This document shows positions 1 to 8,869 of a DNA stretch of 64,000 nt, one piece after another. A model generated the notes under the pieces. The model was given only the letters and a program-made list of their open reading frames with translations. It had not been told where the DNA came from and made no database searches. A program made the position numbers and the translations under genes. This DNA comes from a virus (lineage: Duplodnaviria; Caudoviricetes), in IMG/VR virus record IMGVR_UViG_3300012979_000031, positions 1 to 64,000 of that record; one strand, 5' to 3'. Every line of letters begins with the position of its first letter. Positions within the stretch are counted from its first letter, which is position 1.

Positions 1-58
1 TGAACTCTGTATTATAAGAAAAAAAATAGAGGGAAATTATAAACCCTCTTTTCTTTTT

Positions 59-472
59 TTAATTCTTCAAGCTAAATTGTAGTTCGATCTGTTTATTTCT
101 TCTGCTTCTTTTAACAACTAGTAATAAATGTTCTCCTAGATAATAATTTTTAAAGTATCCATTATTTTCTGCTACACTATCTACTAGAACAAAATCTGAA
201 ATAATCTCTTTTACAAATTTCTCAGATATAGTATGATAGATAAGCCTAGTTATTTTATGTCTTCCGATTTGCTCTACAAAATACTCAGGATCGCCATTAG
301 AACATATATACTTCTTCTCACTACTACCATCAACTCTCACTGAATCTGTAATAGGCAATGGTGAAATATTTGTTTGAAAGTACTTATAAACATCTAGCTC
401 TCTACTAAAACCACTACTAGGTAATAATGAGATTAAGACTAGAATACACGTTTTAATGAATTTTTCAAGCAT
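59..472 (-). CDS. hypothetical protein with N-terminal signal-peptide-like segment
   Basis: 137-aa ORF; hydrophobic N-terminus; ends at terminator hairpin 29-50. Confidence 0.6.
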   Translation of the reverse strand: MLEKFIKTCILVLISLLPSSGFSRELDVYKYFQTNISPLPITDSVRVDGSSEKKYICSNGDPEYFVEQIGRHKITRLIYHTISEKFVKEIISDFVLVDSVAENNGYFKNYYLGEHLLLVVKRSRRNKQIELQFSLKN

Positions 473-568
473 CTTATAAATTTTTTAATTAAGTATCGAA
501 TAAGCGTGTACATTAGAAACATAATTAAGTATATTCCCATCCACACAATCCATAAATAGTTTGTTAAT

Positions 569-1210
569 CTAGTCATCAGTCTTTATAATTAATGTTCTAA
601 TTCTTGTACCAATAAAATTTCCTAGAATAGTAAGCCCTAAAATCCCTAGACCTACTAATATTGAAGATCCTTTAAAAATAATAGAAATCAATATCTGTGG
701 GAAATCTATTATAAAGTGATCTAAACCTACTGTCACTGTAAGGAAACTTGAGAAAACTATAATCCATCTTCTGTTTTTATCTTTCCTATAACCTGAAACG
801 CTCAAGTCTATTAGGAAGCCTGTTACAATTGATGAGATTATTATTTTTCCCCACCTCGGATCTTCTAGTGCTGTCGATAGTGGTAGTTCTGGTAAAAGAA
901 AATATCCCACCAGTGTAGCTAAACATAATCCGATAATATTACCAACCAGGATCTTGTTAATTAATAGCCTAAACATAACAGCATCTGGAGAAGGATAACC
1001 CATGAATGTAGTCATAAGCTTCGCCTCTCCGCTGATCCAATTAAAAACAGGTAAACCTAATTCAACTGTAGATAAAAACCCTAGTGAAATAATAATACTT
1101 CTGATAATTTCTTGATCTACTTCATTGACAAATAGACTGCATAAACCTATTAATAGTCCACCAAGTAAACTTTTTTCTAGGACATATTTCCCTTCTAGTA
1201 TCTCTAACAT
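569..1210 (-). CDS. divergent formate/nitrite transporter (FNT)-like membrane protein
   Basis: ~6 TM segments; KSLLGGLLIG, GNIIG, GLDHFI and GNFIG parallel the motifs of 61699..62391. Confidence 0.55.
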   Translation of the reverse strand: MLEILEGKYVLEKSLLGGLLIGLCSLFVNEVDQEIIRSIIISLGFLSTVELGLPVFNWISGEAKLMTTFMGYPSPDAVMFRLLINKILVGNIIGLCLATLVGYFLLPELPLSTALEDPRWGKIIISSIVTGFLIDLSVSGYRKDKNRRWIIVFSSFLTVTVGLDHFIIDFPQILISIIFKGSSILVGLGILGLTILGNFIGTRIRTLIIKTDD

Positions 1211-1245
1211 AGTTTTAATAATTTATCTTCTCCATATATAAGAAA

Positions 1246-1358
1246 AAGTTGCCTTCCTAATAATCTCACGACTACTAAGAAGGCTATATCCTAAATAAAT
1301 ATTATGAAAAAAGAATACTTAAAAAGTAAGCCCAATCTATCACAGACTAGACTTACTT
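1246..1358 (-). other. two tandem GUGA-loop hairpins with U tails (terminator or small-RNA units)
   Basis: Minus-strand stems with G:U pairs: AAGTAAGTCTAGTCT-GTGAT-AGATTGGGCTTACTT and GCCTTCTTAGTAGTC-GTGA-GATTATTAGGAAGGC. Confidence 0.55.
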
Positions 1359-1393
1359 AGAAAAATAACAATTAACAAACAATTTTAAACAAT

Positions 1394-1564
1394 TTATGAA
1401 AAACAAGTATTATCGTTTTCTCCTAAAGTTTCTTCCTCCTCGTTTTCATTGGATTCACTATCCTCTGTAATAAATCTTAGAGGTCTTCCTTTAGGTAATT
1501 CATTCATTCTAAGCTCCCCTGTTAGGTTAAGAGTAGAATATCTTTTATCTCTTAATATAATCAT
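1394..1564 (-). CDS. 56-aa protein with shared leader (MIILRDKRYS...)
   Basis: Translated by hand, below the ORF-track cutoff; perfect leader motif; CCTTAAATATAG promoter-like motif at 1635-1624. Confidence 0.65.
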   Translation of the reverse strand: MIILRDKRYSTLNLTGELRMNELPKGRPLRFITEDSESNENEEEETLGENDNTCFS

Positions 1565-1694
1565 CTGTTCAATTATTAGAATAGTGTTTTAAAAGTAAGT
1601 TTATTTATGGTGTTTTACTCACTCTATATTTAAGGAATGATGAAAAAAAATAAAGAGACTAGCCTTTCTCAAACTAGTCCCCTTACAGGTTTTA

Positions 1695-2765
1695 TCAGAT
1701 AAGTTGTTGTAGTATAGTCTGACTAATAAGATCTATAGCACCGTTAACATCTCTCCAATCACATGTTTCATTCTGTGTGTGCATGCTTAGATTAGGAATA
1801 GATACTAGGCACGTTTCACAATCTTTCGAATTCAACTGGATAGCGTCTGTATTTGTTCCTCCACATCTTGCAACGCCTCTTTGGAACTCTATGTCAATTT
1901 TATTAGCAGTCTGGACAAGAAGATTACAAAGTCTCATACTCTTATCCTGACCATACTCGATAACAGGACCAGAGCCGAGCTTAATATCACCATACTTAAC
2001 CTTACTTACCAAACCGCCATTAGTAGCAAAAGTAACGTCAATGTCTATACTAATGTCTGGGTTAATGTTATGTGCTGCTACAGTTGCTCCTCGTAATCCA
2101 CTTTCTTCCTGAGTACAAGCAGCAAAATACACAACAACATCACTATCCTCATCAATCTTACCATTCAACTCTTCGGCAACCTTAGCAACTACGTAAACTC
2201 CAATCTTGTCATCTAGAGCGTTACCTACAATCTTATTATCACCAAACTTAGAGATAACATTACGCTCGAAGACAACAAGAGATCCGGGGTGAACATAAAA
2301 TCTATCCTCAACATCAGCCTTAGAGTCAGCACCAATATCTAAACGAAGCTGCTCTATCTTACAAGCACTATCCGCCTCCTTTCCTTTACCGTCAATATGA
2401 ATAGGAGCTTTATGTACAATTCCCTTTATCCACTCTCCTTTATCATTTCTTACTCTAAGTTGAGCCCCTGGGAGAACTTTTTTATCAACTCCCGCCAGAT
2501 TTTGAAGAACAATCATACCGTCATCCTCAATCAATCCGACCATCATAGCAATTTCGTCGATGTGAGCTGAAATAAGGATCTTCGTTTTACCCTTACCCTC
2601 TTTTCCCAGACGATAGGCCGAATTACCAATCTTGTCTGAGTAAGCTGGTTCAATGTGGGCAAGTTCTTTCATTTTCTTGTCCCAAACTTCAGTAGCTTTA
2701 ACCTCATAAGAACTAGGACTATAAGCCATAAGTAAGTCCTCTAAGAATTTTAAATCTCTTTCCAT
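1695..2765 (-). CDS. M42 family (M20/M25/M40 clan) metallo-aminopeptidase
   Basis: SAHIDEI, ALDDKIG, QEESGLRGA, IDIDVT, GGTNTD and SMHT motifs. Confidence 0.9.
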   Translation of the reverse strand: MERDLKFLEDLLMAYSPSSYEVKATEVWDKKMKELAHIEPAYSDKIGNSAYRLGKEGKGKTKILISAHIDEIAMMVGLIEDDGMIVLQNLAGVDKKVLPGAQLRVRNDKGEWIKGIVHKAPIHIDGKGKEADSACKIEQLRLDIGADSKADVEDRFYVHPGSLVVFERNVISKFGDNKIVGNALDDKIGVYVVAKVAEELNGKIDEDSDVVVYFAACTQEESGLRGATVAAHNINPDISIDIDVTFATNGGLVSKVKYGDIKLGSGPVIEYGQDKSMRLCNLLVQTANKIDIEFQRGVARCGGTNTDAIQLNSKDCETCLVSIPNLSMHTQNETCDWRDVNGAIDLISQTILQQLI

Positions 2766-2806
2766 ATTTTTTTTTATTTTTAATCACTTATAAGAATTTC
2801 GGAGGT

Positions 2807-3730
2807 TTAGATAATTTTTCTAGAAAGTAGTTTATATCCATTTCTTGTTATAGCAGTTTCAAAATAATTAAAAATATCATGAACTCTACTATTTTTCGGA
2901 GTTTTTAGTTTTTCATAGATCTCACCAAACTTTGCTTTTATATCCTTTCCCTTCCATACTTCATCTAGGTGGAATATTTTATAAACCTCTCTCCTAATGT
3001 AGTAGTCTTGATTTTCTAGGATAACTGAATTTCCATCTATTCTCTCACTATCTTTATACTCTGGACAAACCGAAAACTTAAATCTATCAAATCCAGGCTG
3101 AAAATCAACACCAAAAAGCCTCAAGTTAGTTTTATACCATCTAGGAATAAACGGGAGAATTCTATCAACATCAAGAGTAGTAATATCTCTGAGGACTTCT
3201 ATTTTTTCTTGTCTAGAGGTTTTATTATAGAAGTTTATGATAAGATCCCTCTCATTCTTTCTCAGATCTAGGTAACTTTCTATAATCCTGTAATGTTTCT
3301 CATCGATCAGCAAAGATATCAGGTTGAATATATCACACTTATAGGTAATCTTCCTTAGAATATCATCTACAGTAAAATTTATCGTAAAATCATTATCTAA
3401 GAGCTCGAATTTCTTAAGGTTTTCTACAGCTTCCCTAAGTTCTTTCATAGCTTCTTCAACATCTCTCTTATATACGAAAGACTGTTTACTAGAAGACCTT
3501 GGATGTGAATTGATGATATGTAATACGTCCTCACAATACTTAAACTTTCCTTCTTCGGCTGATAATAAATCTTGATAAGGTCTAAGACAATCGTACAAGA
3601 CTTTAAGATCATCATTAGTCCAGTTTAATGTTGATAATAGTTCTAGATTCCCACTATACTTCTCTGAATCTAGATCTCGCCTTTCATTAGTAATATATAC
3701 AAAATTACCTTGTTTAAATACAAAAATCAT
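2807..3730 (-). CDS. hypothetical protein with the C-terminal domain shared with 11844, 13820 and 63672
   Basis: C-terminus F.L.E.W..KDIKAKFGEIY..L....NGYKL; start moved to MIFVFKQ because the promoter motif overlaps the upstream ATG. Confidence 0.6.
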   Translation of the reverse strand: MIFVFKQGNFVYITNERRDLDSEKYSGNLELLSTLNWTNDDLKVLYDCLRPYQDLLSAEEGKFKYCEDVLHIINSHPRSSSKQSFVYKRDVEEAMKELREAVENLKKFELLDNDFTINFTVDDILRKITYKCDIFNLISLLIDEKHYRIIESYLDLRKNERDLIINFYNKTSRQEKIEVLRDITTLDVDRILPFIPRWYKTNLRLFGVDFQPGFDRFKFSVCPEYKDSERIDGNSVILENQDYYIRREVYKIFHLDEVWKGKDIKAKFGEIYEKLKTPKNSRVHDIFNYFETAITRNGYKLLSRKII

Positions 3731-3800
3731 ACTGGTTATTGTTTTATTAATTTGTTTACTATACATTAATAAGACGATTACCTTATATAAAACGAAAATT

Positions 3801-5693
3801 ATGGAAAATTTTATAAATCATAAAGACCCTACGTTACCAATAGATACATCTTCTATAGAAATTAGAGATGCTTATGAAAAACTCAGTAATGATGAGAAGA
3901 TAATGGTAACTTGTAGGTTATTAGGAATGAATCATGTTCCGACTGACTTCAAGACTTTTTTATTTGATGACTACTTCTTAGGACAGGAAACAGGTTGTGG
4001 TAGTCGAATTTTTAAATATTGGTTAGATAAATTCCCTGAGATATTTCCAAATCAGATAACAACAAAAACACCTTACATATCTTTTACAGGGTGTATCGGT
4101 AGTGGAAAATCATTTATCTCTAAGATGATTGGACTTTATATGTATCACAGACTAGATTGTTGTAGTGATGTATATGCTTCTCTCGGTTTAGCAAAGTCAA
4201 GTAAAATAGCATTCGGTTTCTTTCATGCTTCTGCTGATACTGCCGAGAGAGACTTTGTTAGATCATATAAAGACGTCTTCGAATCTAGTCCTTATTTCAA
4301 AAACTTATACAATAATCCTCCTATTCGACTTATTGCATCAGGACCACAAAGTACAGGTTCGGTAATTGGTACGCAGCTTGTATTTTCTGTACTCTCTGAG
4401 GTTGGATTCTGGAAACCGGGGGATGCTATATCTAAGATTGGAGAGGTTCTTATACGTTATGAATCCCGTTTTAAAGATAAGAGACATCACTTTGGTATGG
4501 TTATTGCCGATTCTTCTGCTAAGGATTCTGATCATGGAGCTACACAAGAATTCGAAGATAGAGTACCTGCCGATGAACTCTTTAGAATATCACCCGCCCA
4601 TTGGGAAGTAAGACCTGAACTATATACGGAGTCTAAGGGAAAAACATTCGACTTCTTTATAGGTGATAGTAAACAACTCCCTAGAATGATTGAACCTGGA
4701 GAAGACCTGATTAAAGCTAATATAGATCTAGATAGAGTTATTCACGTCCCTGATGATAAACAAACTAGACTTAGATTCCAATCTGATCCGATCCGAAGTT
4801 TACAAGACCTGGCAGGAATTCCGTATAGTGGTAACTCTTTATTCTTTGGTGGAGATCTTAGTCATCTTCTTAAGTGTTCTAGTATTCGTAATTATGCACC
4901 AGAGGAAATTATTGTAGACTTTTATGATAAGACCGATAGTATATACTCTAAGGTTGAAACAATGCTTTATAGAGTCCCTAAACATACTAACCTATTTGTA
5001 CATTTCGATATTGGCCTAGTAAAAGATAAAACAGGGGTCTCTCTATGCTACTATAACGGAGAACAGGTAGATCCAAGCGGTGGAAAAGCTACATACCCTA
5101 AGTTTAAAGTTCCTCTGTGTTTTGTAGTAAGTAGAAAGAAAGGACAAGCAACTTCCTTAGACCACCTTTATCAATTCCTGAAAGACCTGATAAGCAATGG
5201 ATACTATGTTACTCTAAGTGCCGATTCCTTTTCTAGTGCAGGTATTTTCCAGAGTTGTGAGAGAGATGGAATTGAGTATAAGGCTATTTCAATTGATAAA
5301 ACGATGGATGCCGGTGTTGCTTTTAAAAATATAGTAAACACGGAGAGAATAGAACTACCTTATAATAATATTCTTCTTAGAGAGTGTAGTGAAATAAGGG
5401 TAGTAACTAATGGAAAAAATAATGAACATATAAAGCTAGACCACCCATTAACTTCAAGCTGTACAGAATTCGACTATACAGGACGTAGTGAAAAGAATCT
5501 ACCAGGTACTAAAGACTTATTTGATGCAGTCTGTGGTAGTGTATTTAGTTGTTTACGTAAGTATGGTGAATATATGGAAAATGGTGTTACGGGAGGTTTT
5601 GTGAAGAGTGTTAAAGCTCTAGGAACTATTACACAATCCGCTAGAGAACAAACACAGAAACAATTTCAACACATGATAGAAAATATATTCTAA
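3801..5693 (+). CDS. terL: terminase large subunit
   Basis: Walker A GCIGSGKS, Walker B VLSE, RNase H-like nuclease HFDIG...LDHP...KDLFDAV. Confidence 0.85.
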   Translation: MENFINHKDPTLPIDTSSIEIRDAYEKLSNDEKIMVTCRLLGMNHVPTDFKTFLFDDYFLGQETGCGSRIFKYWLDKFPEIFPNQITTKTPYISFTGCIGSGKSFISKMIGLYMYHRLDCCSDVYASLGLAKSSKIAFGFFHASADTAERDFVRSYKDVFESSPYFKNLYNNPPIRLIASGPQSTGSVIGTQLVFSVLSEVGFWKPGDAISKIGEVLIRYESRFKDKRHHFGMVIADSSAKDSDHGATQEFEDRVPADELFRISPAHWEVRPELYTESKGKTFDFFIGDSKQLPRMIEPGEDLIKANIDLDRVIHVPDDKQTRLRFQSDPIRSLQDLAGIPYSGNSLFFGGDLSHLLKCSSIRNYAPEEIIVDFYDKTDSIYSKVETMLYRVPKHTNLFVHFDIGLVKDKTGVSLCYYNGEQVDPSGGKATYPKFKVPLCFVVSRKKGQATSLDHLYQFLKDLISNGYYVTLSADSFSSAGIFQSCERDGIEYKAISIDKTMDAGVAFKNIVNTERIELPYNNILLRECSEIRVVTNGKNNEHIKLDHPLTSSCTEFDYTGRSEKNLPGTKDLFDAVCGSVFSCLRKYGEYMENGVTGGFVKSVKALGTITQSAREQTQKQFQHMIENIF

Positions 5694-6121
5694 TGGGAAG
5701 ATTTATATTGAAGAGAAAACTCTATAGTATGCCTTATGATCCGAAACCTAGAATTCAAGCTATAGAGGGTTGTCCTTTTGTAGATGAGGATTATGATACT
5801 GTAAACAATAGAAACATTAAGGTAGACGAGATTGCTATAACTAATCTATTCAAAAACCCAGTTAAGTATATTACCCCTGAAATCTATGAATATGAAAAAG
5901 AGTTTATTCAGAGTCAGGGTCTAGGTTTAAAAGATTATGAAGAGATTAGTTGTTGTAAGGTTGAAGTTAATGATACTAGAGATATTGAGTTCTGGGTTAA
6001 GCCTGTAGTGGGATCAAAGCTCTATAGAAAATACGGACCTACTTTTACTTGGCACCTAATAGGAAACCTTAGAGGAACTAGACCGCAAGTAGATGTCTTT
6101 GATGGATACGGAGAACTATAA
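5693..6121 (+). CDS. leader-bearing hypothetical protein (MGRFILKRKLYS)
   Basis: Translationally coupled to terL (TAATG); leader DNA identical to the one at 35511. Confidence 0.7.
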   Translation: MGRFILKRKLYSMPYDPKPRIQAIEGCPFVDEDYDTVNNRNIKVDEIAITNLFKNPVKYITPEIYEYEKEFIQSQGLGLKDYEEISCCKVEVNDTRDIEFWVKPVVGSKLYRKYGPTFTWHLIGNLRGTRPQVDVFDGYGEL

Positions 6122-6134
6122 ATCATAAAGAAAA

Positions 6135-6884
6135 ATGAAAGTAATCAGGTTAAAATACTTCAGTAAAAGAAAGAAAGAAGAAAAGGAAAACTATGTCCCC
6201 GGAATCGTTGGTGGAATAGGAGCTGCTGCTGGGATTGGTGGTACTATGGCAGGTGTAGAGAAGGTTGATAGAGAGAAAGGTATATCTAAACAACTGGACA
6301 CATTACTAGGTATCAAGAGAGATGATGAAACATTCTTGAATAAAATAAAAAGAAAATCATACGACGTTATCGGTGGTCCTAGGGTAGAAGATGAGGATGG
6401 TATTATTGGTTCTTTGAAAAATAAACTTAAGAGGAAATTCGCAGTAAAAGATCTTAGTACATTTAGAGGCTCTGATGAATTTATGAAACCTCTAGAACAA
6501 ACTATAAAGGAGTATGAAGATCAGGCTGAAGATTCTAAGAAAAGAGCTAAGAAAATTGAGAAGCAAGCTAAAAAGAATGCTGATAATGCTATAGGTCAGG
6601 CTGCTAAAAATAATGCTGACTACCTAAGAAATAATGCAGCTAATCTACTAGAGAGTGAAGAATATGTACAAGCTAAGGGAGAATTAGATAGATTAAAGAA
6701 GTTGCAGAGAAAAGGAAAGGTAGCTAGAGATTATACAGAAGCTATGAATTGGATGAGAAGTAACTGGAACAAAGGTGGTGTCTTAGGAAAAGCAAAAGTA
6801 GCTGCTATTCCGGTCAGTGCAGGAGCTGGAGTTGGTTACAGTATTCATAAACTAGCTAATAGAAAGAAAAACACAGAAAAGTGA
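6135..6884 (+). CDS. leader-bearing Gly-zipper/coiled-coil protein (MKVIRLKYFS)
   Basis: Two Gly-rich hydrophobic helices, WNKGGVLGKAKV module, basic tail. Confidence 0.7.
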   Translation: MKVIRLKYFSKRKKEEKENYVPGIVGGIGAAAGIGGTMAGVEKVDREKGISKQLDTLLGIKRDDETFLNKIKRKSYDVIGGPRVEDEDGIIGSLKNKLKRKFAVKDLSTFRGSDEFMKPLEQTIKEYEDQAEDSKKRAKKIEKQAKKNADNAIGQAAKNNADYLRNNAANLLESEEYVQAKGELDRLKKLQRKGKVARDYTEAMNWMRSNWNKGGVLGKAKVAAIPVSAGAGVGYSIHKLANRKKNTEK

Positions 6885-6885
6885 T

Positions 6886-6927
6886 AAAAAAGAGAAGGAT
6901 TTTTACGTCCCTCTCTTTCTTTTTTTT
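6886..6927. terminator. bidirectional intrinsic terminator
   Basis: AGAGAAGGA...TCCCTCTCT hairpin with A-run and T-run flanks between convergent genes. Confidence 0.7.
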
Positions 6928-8859
6928 CTAATTACTTATTTTCGTCGTCTTATCTTTCAAAACGGCAGTCTTTATTATTTTTGCTAATCTCTCTGGGAAA
7001 TTACTCAAGTCATTCTCCAAGTTAATAGAATTCTTAAAGCCCATTTTTTCACAAGCTGACTTAGAAATATAATCTATAGTAACTTGAACAACTTCGAAAT
7101 TATCTCTCTCTGCATTTTCAACAGCTTCTCTAACATCTTTCAATGCACTACTACCATCATAATCCATTGCAGCAGGTTGTCCATCACTAAGTATAAATAA
7201 TAGACACTTAGAACTTGTAAATTCCCTAACTTTCTTGGTCACTTCTCTAATTGCAGTACCATCTCTATTTTCTCTAAGAGGTCGTCTGCCAATACTACCT
7301 AAGAGATATTTATCAAGCTTCGATGTAGTTCTATCTTTATAGGTTCTAATAACAGTCTCACCTCTACTAATTACATCTGCTGTATGTCCATAAATATAAA
7401 GGTCAACTCCGGGGAGATTACCTAGGGCTTCGTTAATTAAGACTGCAGCTTGTCTCGCTATACCAATCTTTTCACCCCAATCCATACTTCCAGACTCATC
7501 CACTAATACGCAGACAGTTGTTCTATTTGTTACTACACTTCCCTTTCTTACGTATACATGTGGAACCCCCTGATAAGCCTCTACTAGTTTATTTGTATCT
7601 AGTAATCCGGATCTACAACCATGAATTACATACTCAAAGTTTTTATCAGTCAAACTCACTTGCTTCTTTATCGCTGGAACAAACTTAGAAACTTGTTCTT
7701 TATCACTCAAGTAAGTATTTTTTATTACATCATTTGATTTTATTTTTTCAAAAATCGAAGTCTTACTCATACCTACAGAAGCTGCTCCAGTCAATAAATC
7801 TCCAAGACGACTGTCTCTATCCGTTAATGCCGCATTTACTTTACTAGAGAATTCAGACCTTAAGACCTTAGTATCTGTCAAGGAAGAATAAACTCCCATG
7901 TTATTAGATAGTTTATGGATACAGTCAAATAGTTTAGCCTTATTAACATCGCTAAGCTGGGATAATACCTCATCTATAATTAAGAAGCAATTCCAACCCA
8001 TAAAACATGAATCTAAGGAAGTTTTTGGTGCTTTCCCTAGAATATCACGAATAGAGTCTAGAGCATTCCTGTATTCCTCTCCTATTACTAGGCTGGAATC
8101 AAATTTATCTGGAAAACTTATCAAAGATATCGCTCCTATAATAAAACCTCGAATTCCTTCCGGTAGTTTAGACGAAATAGTTTTTAATAGACCGTTATAC
8201 TTATAGTCATTTAGTTTTTCTATAAAGGTATACAATCCAGCTCTATCTTGAAGCAAGGAATTATTCACTCTAACATCTTCTATCAGATCTATTAGAGTAT
8301 TAATTAGTTTCCTAGAGTCATCACATTCACTACGCCACTCCTTTCCAATATCTTTCTTAAACTTCTTATAATGCTTTAGATCAGTAGTATATTTTAAGTG
8401 AGCTGCTTCATGAATACCATAACCACAAATAGTCAAAATTACATCATCCTCTGCAATTTCTTTATCATCTATTATATCCGTCGGAACAAATATAGTCTTA
8501 CCTTCCTTGAAATACTCTGGTCTAAGCACAACTTCAACCTTTTTCGGAAGATCTAGGATATCTATCAAGACCTTAGTGTCATTGATCGCTTTACTTAGTA
8601 GTTCATAGATTCTAACATCATCACTAAGACTTCTTCCGTGAAATGAGAACTTAGAAACACTCTCCATGAATCTATTCTTTCCCCATCCTAAGCTAGATGA
8701 TGTACTACTCTTGTAATAATAACTATCACTATCGTAGATTGAATCATAGCTATAAGATGGATAGGAATAGGAATAAGTAGAGTAAGAAGGTGTAGTTACT
8801 GTAGGTCTAGAAAATCCAGTCCCACTACTACTACCATGATCTTTAAAGAATTTTTTCAT
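6928..8859 (-). CDS. VWA-domain protein (CobT-like partner of MoxR ATPase)
   Basis: HEAAH metallopeptidase-like motif; MIDAS VLVDESGSM, ENRDG, ILSDGQP. Confidence 0.85.
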   Translation of the reverse strand: MKKFFKDHGSSSGTGFSRPTVTTPSYSTYSYSYPSYSYDSIYDSDSYYYKSSTSSSLGWGKNRFMESVSKFSFHGRSLSDDVRIYELLSKAINDTKVLIDILDLPKKVEVVLRPEYFKEGKTIFVPTDIIDDKEIAEDDVILTICGYGIHEAAHLKYTTDLKHYKKFKKDIGKEWRSECDDSRKLINTLIDLIEDVRVNNSLLQDRAGLYTFIEKLNDYKYNGLLKTISSKLPEGIRGFIIGAISLISFPDKFDSSLVIGEEYRNALDSIRDILGKAPKTSLDSCFMGWNCFLIIDEVLSQLSDVNKAKLFDCIHKLSNNMGVYSSLTDTKVLRSEFSSKVNAALTDRDSRLGDLLTGAASVGMSKTSIFEKIKSNDVIKNTYLSDKEQVSKFVPAIKKQVSLTDKNFEYVIHGCRSGLLDTNKLVEAYQGVPHVYVRKGSVVTNRTTVCVLVDESGSMDWGEKIGIARQAAVLINEALGNLPGVDLYIYGHTADVISRGETVIRTYKDRTTSKLDKYLLGSIGRRPLRENRDGTAIREVTKKVREFTSSKCLLFILSDGQPAAMDYDGSSALKDVREAVENAERDNFEVVQVTIDYISKSACEKMGFKNSINLENDLSNFPERLAKIIKTAVLKDKTTKISN

Positions 8860-8869
8860 AAAGTTTATA

